Positions 52,020 to 62,810 of a stretch of 64,000 bases of DNA are shown piece after piece. This DNA comes from Chiloscyllium plagiosum (Eukaryota). The stretch covers positions 106,196,576 to 106,260,575 of the forward strand of contig NC_057716.1 in NCBI RefSeq assembly GCF_004010195.1, in the 5' to 3' direction. The notes under the pieces are model-generated. The model made no database searches and had not been told where the DNA came from. It saw only the letters and a program-made list of their open reading frames with translations. A program made the position numbers and the translations under genes. Numbering within the stretch: position 1 is the first letter of the stretch; every line of letters begins with the position of its first letter.

Positions 52020-52310
52020 GGGTGGCACAGTGGTTAGCACTGCTGCCTCACAGCGTTAGAGACCCAGGTTCAATTCCTGCCTCAGACAACTGTCTGTGTG
52101 GAGTTTGCACATTCTCCCTGTGTCTGCATGGGTTTCCTCCCACAATCCAAAGATGTGCAGGGTTAGGTGAATTGGCCACGCTAAATTGCCCGTAGTGTTA
52201 GGTGAAGGGGTAAATGTAGGGGAATGGGTCTGGGTGGGTTGATCTTCGGAGGGTTGGTGTGGACTTGTTGGGCTGAAGGGCCTGTTTCCACACCGTAAGT
52301 AATCTAATCA
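52020..52310 (+). mobile_element. HE1-like V-SINE inserted in a SacSINE1-like SINE (51930-52470)
   Basis: tRNA head, V-domain, taatc tail; flanked by aatcca duplication. Confidence 0.82.
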
Positions 52311-52759
52311 ATCCATTGTTGGGAAAATCCCCATCTGAAGGAAACTGCCATCCTTTTGACTCCAGACCCACAGCAATGTGGTTGGCTCTGAGCTGCCCTC
52401 TGGGTAATTAGGGACGGGCAATAAATGCTAGCCCAGCCAGCAACTCCCTCATCCTGTGAATGAATAAAAAGTAACAATCCCACCAAGTAACTGAGTTCCT
52501 CAAATAGCTAACGTGTCCAGAAGTCCAAGAAAGTGATTTAAAAAAAGGGGGGGATTGAGAGAAAAATCATATGCAGAAGACAACAGGAAAAGGGAATCGC
52601 TGTAAATTGGAGTGTCGGGATAGAGCGGGGATGATTTCAGAGAGAGAGAACAAATGGCAAGGAATGGACTCAATCCCCCAAAAATGAAAACAGGTCGTCT
52701 TCTGGATGGAGATGTTTGGAGGGATGGAGCTGACTCCAGAAGGAGTGTGTTGTACTTAC

Positions 52760-53159
52760 ACGGGTATTGATAAGGTTTTGCCTCTGTACAGACTGAACAT
52801 GCTCCCGTACACATCACTAGAGACAGACAGGCTGTCCTCTGAACCCCAGCTACTATAAGCCAGATTAGAACGAGATGCCCGTATCAGTGGCTCCACCCCC
52901 AGGTGCCTGATCCGAGCATCGGGTGACTGCGGTGTGTCAGCTTGCCTGGCGACCTCCCAGGGTAGGCACCCGTGGGTGAGGCTGACACTGAGTTCCTCCT
53001 CCTCCCTGTCCTCTCCTCCTCCAGCCAGCGCTCTCTGGCTCTCCACTGGTGATTGACCTGCGCTCGGGGGTTCGGATGGTGCCAGCTGTTCGAGGGCAGT
53101 CCGCAGCGAGGACGGTGTGCTGTCCAGGCTCGTGTTGGTCAAATTCTCCAATTCACCTT
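52760..53159 (-). CDS. SPEG: SPEG N-terminal exon (about exon 3)
   Basis: RHLGVEPLIRASRSNLAYSSWGSEDSLSVSSDVYGSMFSLYRGKTLSI is the conserved SPEG motif; GT|gtaagt donor is in phase with the next exon; acceptor at 53159 or 53156. Confidence 0.92.
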
Positions 53160-53334
53160 CTTCGGGAAAGAGAAGGAAAGGACTGTTAGCCGCGCCTGTT
53201 CCCGAAACCGAACCCTGGGAGAGGCTGGAGAACGCTGAGGCTTCAATGCATTTCCGTAGCATCTATTTACCTCCCAGGAACATCCCAAAATGTGTCAGAG
53301 AGAATAAAGTACTTTTGAAATGTGGCTATTAAAT

Positions 53335-53997
53335 AAGATAATCAGAGGGTGAGATCGGGTGGACCGCGAGAGCTTTGTTCCTTGAACAGCGATGACTAGC
53401 ATGAGGGCACATAGCTTTAAATTGAGGGGTGATAGATGTAGGACAGATGTCAATAGTCTGACCAGGGAAGGAGCCATATTGGACCTGGTACTGGGGAACG
53501 ATCCAGGCCAAGTGGTAGAAGTTGCGGTGAGGGATTTCTTTGGGAACAGTGACCACAATTCTGTAAGTTTTACAATACTCGTAGTTAAAGATGAGAGTGG
53601 TCCTAAGGGAAGAGTACTAAACTGGGCCAAATTATATCAAAATTAGGCAGGAGTTGGGAAATGTGGATTGGACACAGCTATTTGCAGGGAAGTTCATATT
53701 TGAGATGTGGGAGGCTTTCAAAGATAGGTTGAAGGTAGTGCAGGATAGGCATGTCCAGTTGAAAGCAAAAGATAGGAAGGGCAAGATTTGTGAACCGTGG
53801 ATGACAGGAGAAATTGTACAACTAGCCAAGAGGAAAAGGGAAGCATACATAAGGTCCAGGTAGCTAAGAACAGAACGGGCCCTGGAAGAATATTGGAAGA
53901 GTAGGACAATTCTTAAACGAGGAATCAAGCGGGCTAAAAGGGGTCATGAAATAGCTTTAGCGTGCAGAATTAAAGAGAATCCCAAAGCATTTTATTC
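53335..53997 (+). mobile_element. CR1 LINE fragments (endonuclease-linker region)
   Basis: TREGAILDLVLGN...GNSDHNSVSF (APE endonuclease SDH), PWMTGEI. Confidence 0.85.
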
Positions 53998-54497
53998 NNN
54001 NNNNNNNNNNNNNNNNNNNNNNNNNNNNNNNNNNNNNNNNNNNNNNNNNNNNNNNNNNNNNNNNNNNNNNNNNNNNNNNNNNNNNNNNNNNNNNNNNNNN
54101 NNNNNNNNNNNNNNNNNNNNNNNNNNNNNNNNNNNNNNNNNNNNNNNNNNNNNNNNNNNNNNNNNNNNNNNNNNNNNNNNNNNNNNNNNNNNNNNNNNNN
54201 NNNNNNNNNNNNNNNNNNNNNNNNNNNNNNNNNNNNNNNNNNNNNNNNNNNNNNNNNNNNNNNNNNNNNNNNNNNNNNNNNNNNNNNNNNNNNNNNNNNN
54301 NNNNNNNNNNNNNNNNNNNNNNNNNNNNNNNNNNNNNNNNNNNNNNNNNNNNNNNNNNNNNNNNNNNNNNNNNNNNNNNNNNNNNNNNNNNNNNNNNNNN
54401 NNNNNNNNNNNNNNNNNNNNNNNNNNNNNNNNNNNNNNNNNNNNNNNNNNNNNNNNNNNNNNNNNNNNNNNNNNNNNNNNNNNNNNNNNNNNNNNNN
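53998..54497. other. Assembly gap, exactly 500 N (fixed-size scaffold join)
   Basis: Counted N run; separates the SPEG 5' block from the CYP27A block. Confidence 0.95.
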
Positions 54498-55089
54498 TCT
54501 TGGGACTGTCCTGGGGCAGGGAGAGACTCATCTGGAGAGCAGAGAGTAAGACTGGGGACTCAGGTGGGAGAGGTGAAGGGGGAGGGAGGGTTCCCTTCAC
54601 TCCCTCATAGGCTGGCAATTTGTTGGAAGTCCCTATCTATTTTACCAATGTCCTTGAGGGAAGGAAATCTGCCGACCTTACCTGGTCTGGAATGTATGTG
54701 ACTCCAGACCGACTGCCGTCCCTTCACTGCTCTGTGAAATGTCCTGAAAAACACCATTTCAAAGGGGCAGTTGGGGATGGCAGTGAGTGTAGGTGCCATC
54801 AGCAAGACCCATGTCCCAAAGAAATGACAGAAACCACGTAGAGGGTTACAGTTAAATGTCGGAGATTGGCATTAAGTGCAAATGCTCACAGAGCTAGCAC
54901 AAGCTGTGGGCTGAATGGCCTTCTTCTTTATTGTAATGACCTTGTGATCCCGAATACTATCCCCTAAAAGAATATGAACCTGTGAGTTATTGTAGTTCAC
55001 TTTTGTAACTAAATACGAAATGAAGTTAAAAGTATGTGTGGAGCAAAAGTTCTGTTTGTAAAGCTAATCACTAACATTTATTCTGTTAG

Positions 55090-55268
55090 ATAATAGAACA
55101 CAATAGGTTTGGGCCGTTATGGAGAACGGGGGCCTTCGTGAATGTGGCTGACAACCGCTTGATTGAACAGGTTTTGCGTCAGGAAGGAAAGTATCCCGAG
55201 AGGCTGGTGGGGAGTATCTGGGCAGAGCAACGAAAGGTGCAGGGACTGGCAAATGGTATCATTACTGC
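55090..55268 (+). CDS. CYP27A1: CYP27A-like cytochrome P450 (sterol 27-hydroxylase family), exon 2
   Basis: tgttag|ATA ... GC|gtaagt; IIEHNRFGPLWRTGAFVNVADNRLIEQVLRQEGKYPERLVGSIWAEQRKVQGLANGIIT(A); EQVxRQEGKYP is typical of CYP27A. Not in the ORF track. Orthologue versus paralogue uncertain. Confidence 0.85.
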
Positions 55269-55399
55269 GTAAGTCATCCTGAACCTCACTATCATGAAAT
55301 GTAAGCAGAAAACGCTGGAGAAACTCAGAGGGTCTGACAGCAACCATAAGCGATGACAGAATAAGCTCAGTTCCAGAACAGGGTGACCAGACTCGAAAC

Positions 55400-55766
55400 T
55401 TATAGAGGTTTACAAAATTATGAGGGGCATGGATAGGGTAAATAGACAAAGTCTTTTCCCTGGTGTCGGGGAGTCCAGAACTAGAGGGCATAGGTTTAGG
55501 GTGAGAGGGGAAAGATATAAAAGAGACCTAAGGGGCAACTTTTTCATGCAGAGGGTGGTACATGTATGAAATGAGCTGCCAGAGGAAGTGATGGAGGCTG
55601 GTACAGTTACAGCATTTAAATGGATGGGTATATGAGCGGGAGGGGTTTGGAGGGATATGGGCCGGGTGCTGGCAGGTGGGACTAGATTGGGTTGGGATAT
55701 CTGGTCAGCATGGACGGGTTGGACCGAAGGGTCTGTTTCCATGCTGTACATCTTCATGACTCTATG
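55400..55766 (+). mobile_element. CR1 LINE 3' end inserted in a Penelope terminus
   Basis: Same family as 13403-13912. Confidence 0.85.
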
Positions 55767-57024
55767 ACGTTGACTCTGCTTTCTCTCCGCACAGATGCAG
55801 CCAGACCTGCTGAATTTCTCCAGAAATGTCTATGTTTTGCTTCTGTTCTACAGATTTAGCGGTTGTTTGTTTTCTGTCAGTGGGAATGAGCTACACAGAG
55901 CTGGTAAAGTAAATATTGCTGAGTAATTAAGGCTGTTGTTACCAAGAAGCATTTGGCAAGTACAGAGTTTGGTTTGTGTGAATGTGTGGGCCATTGGGTG
56001 GGGCAACTTATTATAAAAGATTAAATTCATTATGTTAAGGTCGTGCCAAACTAACTTCACATATCTGGTTCCCTTATCTCATGAAGATCATATCTAGTTT
56101 CTCAAATGCACGCACAGATACACACACATCTACACGCACACCTGGGGGTTGAGGGGGTGGGGGTTGCATGGATGGGATCATGACAAAGGCTGGGGACATG
56201 AGGGGAGAGGGTAGAAGGACTCCCCATTGCTGCATAACCCCTCCTGCCATTTCCCAGTGGCTGAGAAGAGCTCGCACCGGGTGGTGGGGGTGGGGTTGGG
56301 GGAGGGTGTGCAGCTCTTTCACCCTGAGACTAATTGAAGGACTGTTTTGGCCACCATTGGCCGTTCAGCAGTGACAGGTGAGCCATCTACTGCAAGGGCA
56401 AAACAGCCCGTCCCTCCCCATGCACACCTTCCCTGTGAGCTCTAGCTGTGGGGCTGGGGGAGTGCAGTCATTGGTAGTCACCTGGCTGGCCCACCTCACT
56501 GTCCCTGGCACAGCGCCCCAATAGACCTCCATGAAAACGTACCTTGGGCCCTTCAGGTGGCTGAAGGGGGAGGGAGCTCTCCACCAGCCCACTGAGATGA
56601 GGAGAAATGTCTTCCCCCAGAGAGTGGGGAGAATGTGGTTGAAGCCAAAACATTGAATGTTTTCAAGAAGGAGTCAGATACAGTTCTTGGGCCTAAAGGA
56701 TACGGGGAGAAAGTTGGAAAAAGGGACTGAGTTGGACAATCAATCAAGGTCATATTGAATGGCAGAGCTGGCTCAAGGGGCTGGATGGCCACTCCTATTT
56801 TCTATGTTTTTAATGCAAGTTCCTCGCCTGCCTGCTACCTGTTATAAGATAACACACTAGGCAGAGTGTGGAAGAAGCTCTTTTCTGGATCTATCCCCTT
56901 GAGAACAGGATAATTAGGGCACTGAGGAATGAGTTAAGAGATGTTTGAGAAGTAGATTGTTATTCTCACATGGACTCGGAGGAACAGGATTGCTTTGGTA
57001 GTAAAAACAACAAGGTTCCTTTAA

Positions 57025-57482
57025 GGCATGGAAAATGACAGATGCTGGCGATCACAGTGGGTCAGACAGCATCCAAGGAGAGTTAAAAATCACACAACAC
57101 CAGGTTATGGTCCAACAGGTTTAATTGGAAGCACTATCTTCTGGAGTGCTCTCCTTCATCAGGTGGTTATGGGGTGTACCACCAAAAGCTAGTGCTTCCA
57201 GATAAACCTGTTGGACTATAACCTGGTGTTATAACCTGGTTAACTTTATACAACCCAGTCAAACACCAGCTCCTCCACATCATGGCTTTTAACTCTCTAT
57301 GGATGTTGTCTGACCCGTTGTGATCTCCACAAGCCAGGGGGCAGCACCAGGAGGTGCAGAAGTCGATGTTTCGGGTGTAACCCTTCCTCAGGACTGGTTT
57401 CTGCCTGGCTTGCTGTGTTCTTCCAGCCTCCTGCCCTGTCTACCTTGGATTCCAATATCTGCAGTTTTTTTCTGTCTCTAAC
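57025..57482. mobile_element. Cluster of nested Penelope terminal-repeat inverted pairs
   Basis: atcacagtgggtcagacagcatcca / tggatgttgtctgacccgttgtgat arms enclosing a second inverted pair. Confidence 0.65.
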
Positions 57483-57604
57483 CAAGTTTGTTCCACTGTG
57501 ACGTCTCCACTTTGAAGAAGTTCTCTGCCTCCCTCAGGCGCGCACTCAGTGAGTCCCTTTCTCACTGCCACAGCACTATCACCTCCTCAGCCTTGCAGGA
57601 CATT

Positions 57605-58160
57605 GCTTAGGCCACGCTGGGAATATTGTGTGCAATTCTGGTCTCACTGCTATAGGAATGACGTTGTGTGACTTGAAAGGGTTCCGAAAAGATTTACAAG
57701 AATGTTGCTAGGGTTGGAGAGTTTGAGCTACAGGGACAGGCTGAACAGGCTGGGGCTGTTTTCCCTGGAGCGTCGGAGGCTGAGGGTCACTTTATAGAGG
57801 TTTATAAAATTAGGAGGAGCATGGATAGGATAAATAGACAAGGTCTTTTCCCTGGGAGTCCGAAACTAGAGGGCGCAGGTTTAGGGTGAGAGGGGAATGA
57901 TATAAAAGAGACCTAAGGGGGCAACTTTTTCACACAGAGGGTGGTACGTGTATGGACTGAGCTGCCAGAGGATGTGGTGGAGGCTGATACAACTGCAACA
58001 TTTAAAAGGCATTTGGATGGGTATATGAATAGGAAGGGTTTGGAGGGATATGGGCCAAGTGCTGGCAGGTGGGACTAGATTAGGTTGGGATATCTGGTCG
58101 GCATGGACGGGTTGGACCGAAGGGTCTGTTCCTGTGCTGTGCCTCTCTGTGGCTCTATGT
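57605..58160 (+). mobile_element. CR1 LINE 3' end
   Basis: Same family as 13403-13912, frameshifted. Confidence 0.88.
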
Positions 58161-58977
58161 TATGATCAGAAAAACAAAGTACTTCGGATTGTTGGAATCA
58201 GAAACAAAATTAGAAGTTGCTGGAAAAACTCAGCACGTCTGGCAGCATCTGTGAGCAGAAAGCTGAGTTAATGTTTCAGGTGTAATGATCCTTCTTCAGT
58301 TCTGAACCGTCACCCTCAATAAACCAGGGCAAAAATTATCTACTTCCAATACCGTGATGTTTACTGCATTCTTCTGTCCAATTATTACATTTTGTAAGAA
58401 TTTATTTACCTCGGTATAAATAAACCTGTTCAGTCGAATGGTTACACAAAATATCGACAGTTAATTTAATTTCGAGTCAATTTCTCCTCAAATACCATGA
58501 CCTACTGTCATATCCTGGTAATCCCAATGGGGGTGTGAGTGAGAAAGCACTCTTCTGCTAAGTTCTATTTAAGACAAAATTGCAATGTTATGTGAGTGAT
58601 TGATGCTGTAAATAAACTATAACAGTGATATATATACCCCCTTGCATTGTGTGTCCATAACGTAGTGTGTGATTTTACATTAATTGTATGGAAGCCTCTT
58701 GATTATTCAGAATATTTGATCAATCAGCACAGTCCTGGTCGTTTAGGTGCTGGATAATGAAAGGTTTACTGTATTGTGAAGGAGAGTGATGAGAGAGGAC
58801 AGAGGCTGCTGGAATGGGCAAACACTTTGCAGATGAGATTTAATGTTGAGAATTACAAAATGATTAATTTCGGTTGGCAGGGCGATACTAGCTGGCAGAT
58901 ACAGTTGTAAAGTGGGTGGAGGAGCAGAAATCCCCTGGGATGTTTATTCAGACAAACAAATGTGGCTAACAGGGTGA

Positions 58978-59344
58978 AAAGTAGACAGGCAGGAGGCTGG
59001 GGGAACACAGCAAGGCAGGCAGCATCAGGAGGGACAGGCAGGAGGCTGGGGGAACACAGCAAGGCAGGCAGCATCAGGAGGGACAGACAGGAGGCTGGCG
59101 GAACACAGCAAGCCAGGCAGCATCAGGAGGGACAGGCAGGAGGCTGGGGGAACACAGCAAGGCAGGCAGCATCAGGAGGTGGGGAAGATGACGTTTTGGC
59201 TGTAACCCTTTATGATGCTGCCTGGCTTGCTGTGTTCCCCCAGCCTCCTGCCTGTCCCTCCTGATGCTGCCTGCCTTGCTGTGTTCCACCAGCCTCCTGC
59301 CTGTCTACTTTGGATTCCAGAATCTGCAGTTTTTTGGCTCTAAC
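58978..59344. repeat. Penelope-derived 49-bp tandem repeat forming a fold-back palindrome
   Basis: ggaggctgggggaacacagcaaggcaggcagcatcaggagggacaggca about 4 copies, then about 2 inverted copies. Confidence 0.85.
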
Positions 59345-59754
59345 TAAATCAGGGCGAAAAGGAAGTTAAAAAGGCACATGGGATTCTGGACATTATAAAC
59401 AGGGCTACAGTGTTACAGAAGCAAGGAACCTTTATAAAACATTGATTCAGCCTTAACTGGAGAATCAAGCCCAATATCTCTGGAAAGATGTGAATGCCTG
59501 AGAGGACGTGATGATCATTTATGAGATTATTACCAGGAAAGAAGGATTTGCCTTCATTAGGAAAAGCCAGGGCTCTCTTCCATGGTGAGCGAGTTAGTGG
59601 AGATGTTGGGGAATGATGAGGGGCCTAGACAGTATAGCCAGGGGAATATGTCCCCATGAGCAGAAGGATTGACAATCACTTGTCATTGATTTAAGGTGAT
59701 TGGCAAAACAAGCATTGGGAACATTTCGCAAAGTGAAAGATTAGTGTTTGGAGC

Positions 59755-60672
59755 ACACTGTCTGAGAGTGTGGGGGGAGGGAGGTTCACTCGAAGGGTTA
59801 GGGTCTGGGGTGTACTGTCTGAGAGTGTGGGGGGAGGCAGGTTCACTCGAGGGGTTAGGGTCTGGGGTGTACTNNNNNNNNNNNNNNNNNNNNNNNNNNN
59901 NNNNNNNNNNNNNNNNNNNNNNNNNNNNNNNNNNNNNNNNNNNNNNNNNNNNNNNNNNNNNNNNNNNNNNNNNNNNNNNNNNNNNNNNNNNNNNNNNNNN
60001 NNNNNNNNNNNNNNNNNNNNNNNNNNNNNNNNNNNNNNNNNNNNNNNNNNNNNNNNNNNNNNNNNNNNNNNNNNNNNNNNNNNNNNNNNNNNNNNNNNNN
60101 NNNNNNNNNNNNNNNNNNNNNNNNNNNNNNNNNNNNNNNNNNNNNNNNNNNNNNNNNNNNNNNNNNNNNNNNNNNNNNNNNNNNNNNNNNNNNNNNNNNN
60201 NNNNNNNNNNNNNNNNNNNNNNNNNNNNNNNNNNNNNNNNNNNNNNNNNNNNNNNNNNNNNNNNNNNNNNNNNNNNNNNNNNNNNNNNNNNNNNNNNNNN
60301 NNNNNNNNNNNNNNNNNNNNNNNNNNNNNNNNNNNNNNNNNNNNNNNNNNNNNNNNNNNNNNNNNNNNNNNNNNNNNNNNNNNNNNNNNNNNNNNNNNNN
60401 NNNNNNNNNNNNNNNNNNNNNNNNNNNNNNNNNNNNNNNNNNNNNNNNNNNNNNNNNNNGTTAGGGTCTGGAGTGTACTGTCTGAGAGTGTGGGGGAGGA
60501 GGGAGGTTCACTCGAGGGGTTAGGGTCTGGAGTGTACTGTCTGAGAGTGTGGGGGGAGGGGGAGGTTCACTCGAGGTGTTAGAGTCTGGAGTGTACTGTC
60601 TGAGAGTGTGGGGGAGGAGGGAGGTTCACTCGAGGGGTTAGGGTCTGGAGAGTGTGGGGGGAGGGAGGTTCA
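59755..60672. repeat. G-rich minisatellite, 57-60-bp unit, spanning an N gap
   Basis: gtgtactgtctgagagtgtggggggagggaggttcactcgaggggttagggtctgg on both sides of gap 59874-60459. Confidence 0.9.
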
Positions 60673-61464
60673 ATGACAGATTTCAGAAAGGTGTTGTAAT
60701 AACCACCACAATAGAAAGGTGATGTTTTTCAAGGCCGTGGCTGGGGAGAGGGAACTACATTTGTTCTGTTGCACAGAGCGAGCACAGAGACGGCAGGCGT
60801 AACAATCTCTCTCTGGGTCGGAACTATTTTCTGATTCTGGAATAATGGGTTTTAGAATAATCAAACCTCCAAATGAGCAGGGTATAGGTCTTCAACTGCA
60901 AATAAGTGATGGTTATAATGAAATTCTTACTCCAAAATACAGTACTTATATTTTACATCTTTTTTAGCTCTAAATACATCTTTTAAAATACATCTTTTTT
61001 TTTAGCTCTAACTCCCTCTTAAATACATCTGTGCTATTTAATGTGATCATTTTGTAGTCATGAATTTTCTTTACTTTCTGACTAAATGTGTGACTCCTGA
61101 CTTTCACACTGGATTTTATTTGTGACTAACTTACATTTACTGCTCTCTGTTTCAGGGCTCTCCCTCAAACGGAAACATTCTCCCCGCTTTCACTCAATTA
61201 AACACCTTGAGAAGTTTAAAGATGTCTATCAGATCAGAGTTCCAACCTCTTCAGTCTTTCTAAGAGTTCATACCTTTTAATAACGTTTCCAGTGTCTCGG
61301 TGATCCTTTTATACCATGGAATCCAGAGCTGTGCAGAATAACTCTGAGTCTGGTCTAAACAAGATTCTACATCAGGTTAAAGCCCAGTCCTTAATTTGCT
61401 GATTTTTTTTTTCTATCTTACTAACTTGTGTCCCCACTTTTAGCGATTTGTGAATCTTTTTCTC

Positions 61465-61780
61465 TGAAGAGGTTATGGTCTAGTACTATCATCTTAAAAA
61501 CCCAGGGAATGTTCTGGGGACCCACCCCAGCAGATGATGGAATTTGAATTCAATAACAATTTGAGATTAAGAGTCTAATGATGACCATGAATCCATTGTC
61601 AATTGTCGGAAAAGCCTATCTGGGTCACTAATGCCCGTTAGGGAAGGAAACCGCCATCCTTACCTGGTCTGGCCTACACGTGACTCCAGACCCACAACCA
61701 ATGTGGTTAACTCTTAACCGCCCTCTGGATAATTGGCAATAAATACTGGCCTGGACAGTGATATCCTCGTCCTGTCATTT
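61465..61780 (+). mobile_element. SacSINE1-like SINE
   Basis: Same family as 48091-48445. Confidence 0.7.
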
Positions 61781-61909
61781 AAAAATTGATCAGGTTTATT
61801 AAAATTTTAATTTGCAAAGAGCAACATTGCACCTAAATAAGACCATAAGGGATGGAAGCAGAGCAAGACCATTCAGCCCATTGAATCTGCTCTACCATTC
61901 AATGAGATC

Positions 61910-62220
61910 ATAGAATCCCTACAGTGTGGACGCAGGCCATTTGGACCATCAAGTCCATACCGACCCTCTGAAGAGCATCCCACCCACCTTCTACCCTATC
62001 CCTGCATTTCCCATGGTTAATCCACCAAGCCTGCACATCACAGACAATTATCCCATGGCCAATCAACCTAACATGCACACCTTTGGACTGTGGGAGGAAA
62101 CCAGAGTACCCGGAGGAAACCCACAAAGAGAATGTGCAAACTCCCCACAGACAGTTGCCTGAGGCTGGAATCGAACCCAGGTCCCTGATGCTGTGAGGCA
62201 GTAGTGCTAACCACTGAGCT
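61910..62220 (-). mobile_element. HE1-like V-SINE
   Basis: Reverse complement tRNA head plus V-domain. Confidence 0.8.
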
Positions 62221-62445
62221 ATCAGCTCAGGTCACGGTACACCTGATAATCCTCAACTCCACTTTCCTGCCTTTTCCCCCTAACCCTTTGATTCCCCTTC
62301 CTGATTAAATATCTGGCTGTCACAGCCTTGAATATACTTAATGACCATAACGTGTTGTAATGCTTTGTTGATTCCATCATGTTAAGAAGCAGCTGTGAAC
62401 CAATCAATGATCTCCTTAAGTCTCCCTGGTCTTTCGCCCCCTCAG

Positions 62446-62645
62446 GGAGGGTGAGGAATGGTACAGACTGCGGACCTTGCTCAATGAAAAGATGCTGAAG
62501 CCACAGGATGCTCTGCTGTATCAGGGCGTTATCAATGAGGTGTTAACTGATTTTATTGACCGAATCCAGAGACTGCGCTTGGCGAGTGAATCTGGGGTCA
62601 CGGTGCACAACATTACAACGGAACTGCAGAAGTACACCTTTGAAG
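62446..62645 (+). CDS. CYP27A1: CYP27A-like P450, exon 3 (C-helix WxxxR)
   Basis: ctcag|G, G|gtgagg; EGEEWYRLRTLLNEKMLKPQDALLYQGVINEVLTDFIDRIQRLR...KYTFE; 200 bp, in frame with exons 2 and 4. Confidence 0.88.
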
Positions 62646-62810
62646 GTGAGGCCACTGCTGGGTTATCAGACCGTGATGTTGTTAGGGGCAGGTTGGGGGA
62701 GGGTGGAATGAGGCTAGGGGCTGTTTTCCCACGAATCCAACTGAGTTATTTTCAGGGCAGGGAGAAACTATCTTGTTGATAGTTTACATCCTGAGTGATT
62801 GGGATGATAG

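Noticed and set aside
54498-54560. Possible SPEG exon 2 acceptor on - (ctctccag|ATGAG) or a + donor (AGA|gtaaga) at the gap edge
   Set aside because: Only about 34 bp visible, no recognisable similarity to SPEG exon 2 or the end of CYP27A exon 1, and it lies in the block belonging to the CYP27A intron.
56150-56600. Unique GC-richer stretch, considered as SPEG exon 1
   Set aside because: No Ig-domain translation in the listed frames; lies within CYP27A intron 2. Could be regulatory, but evidence is too thin.
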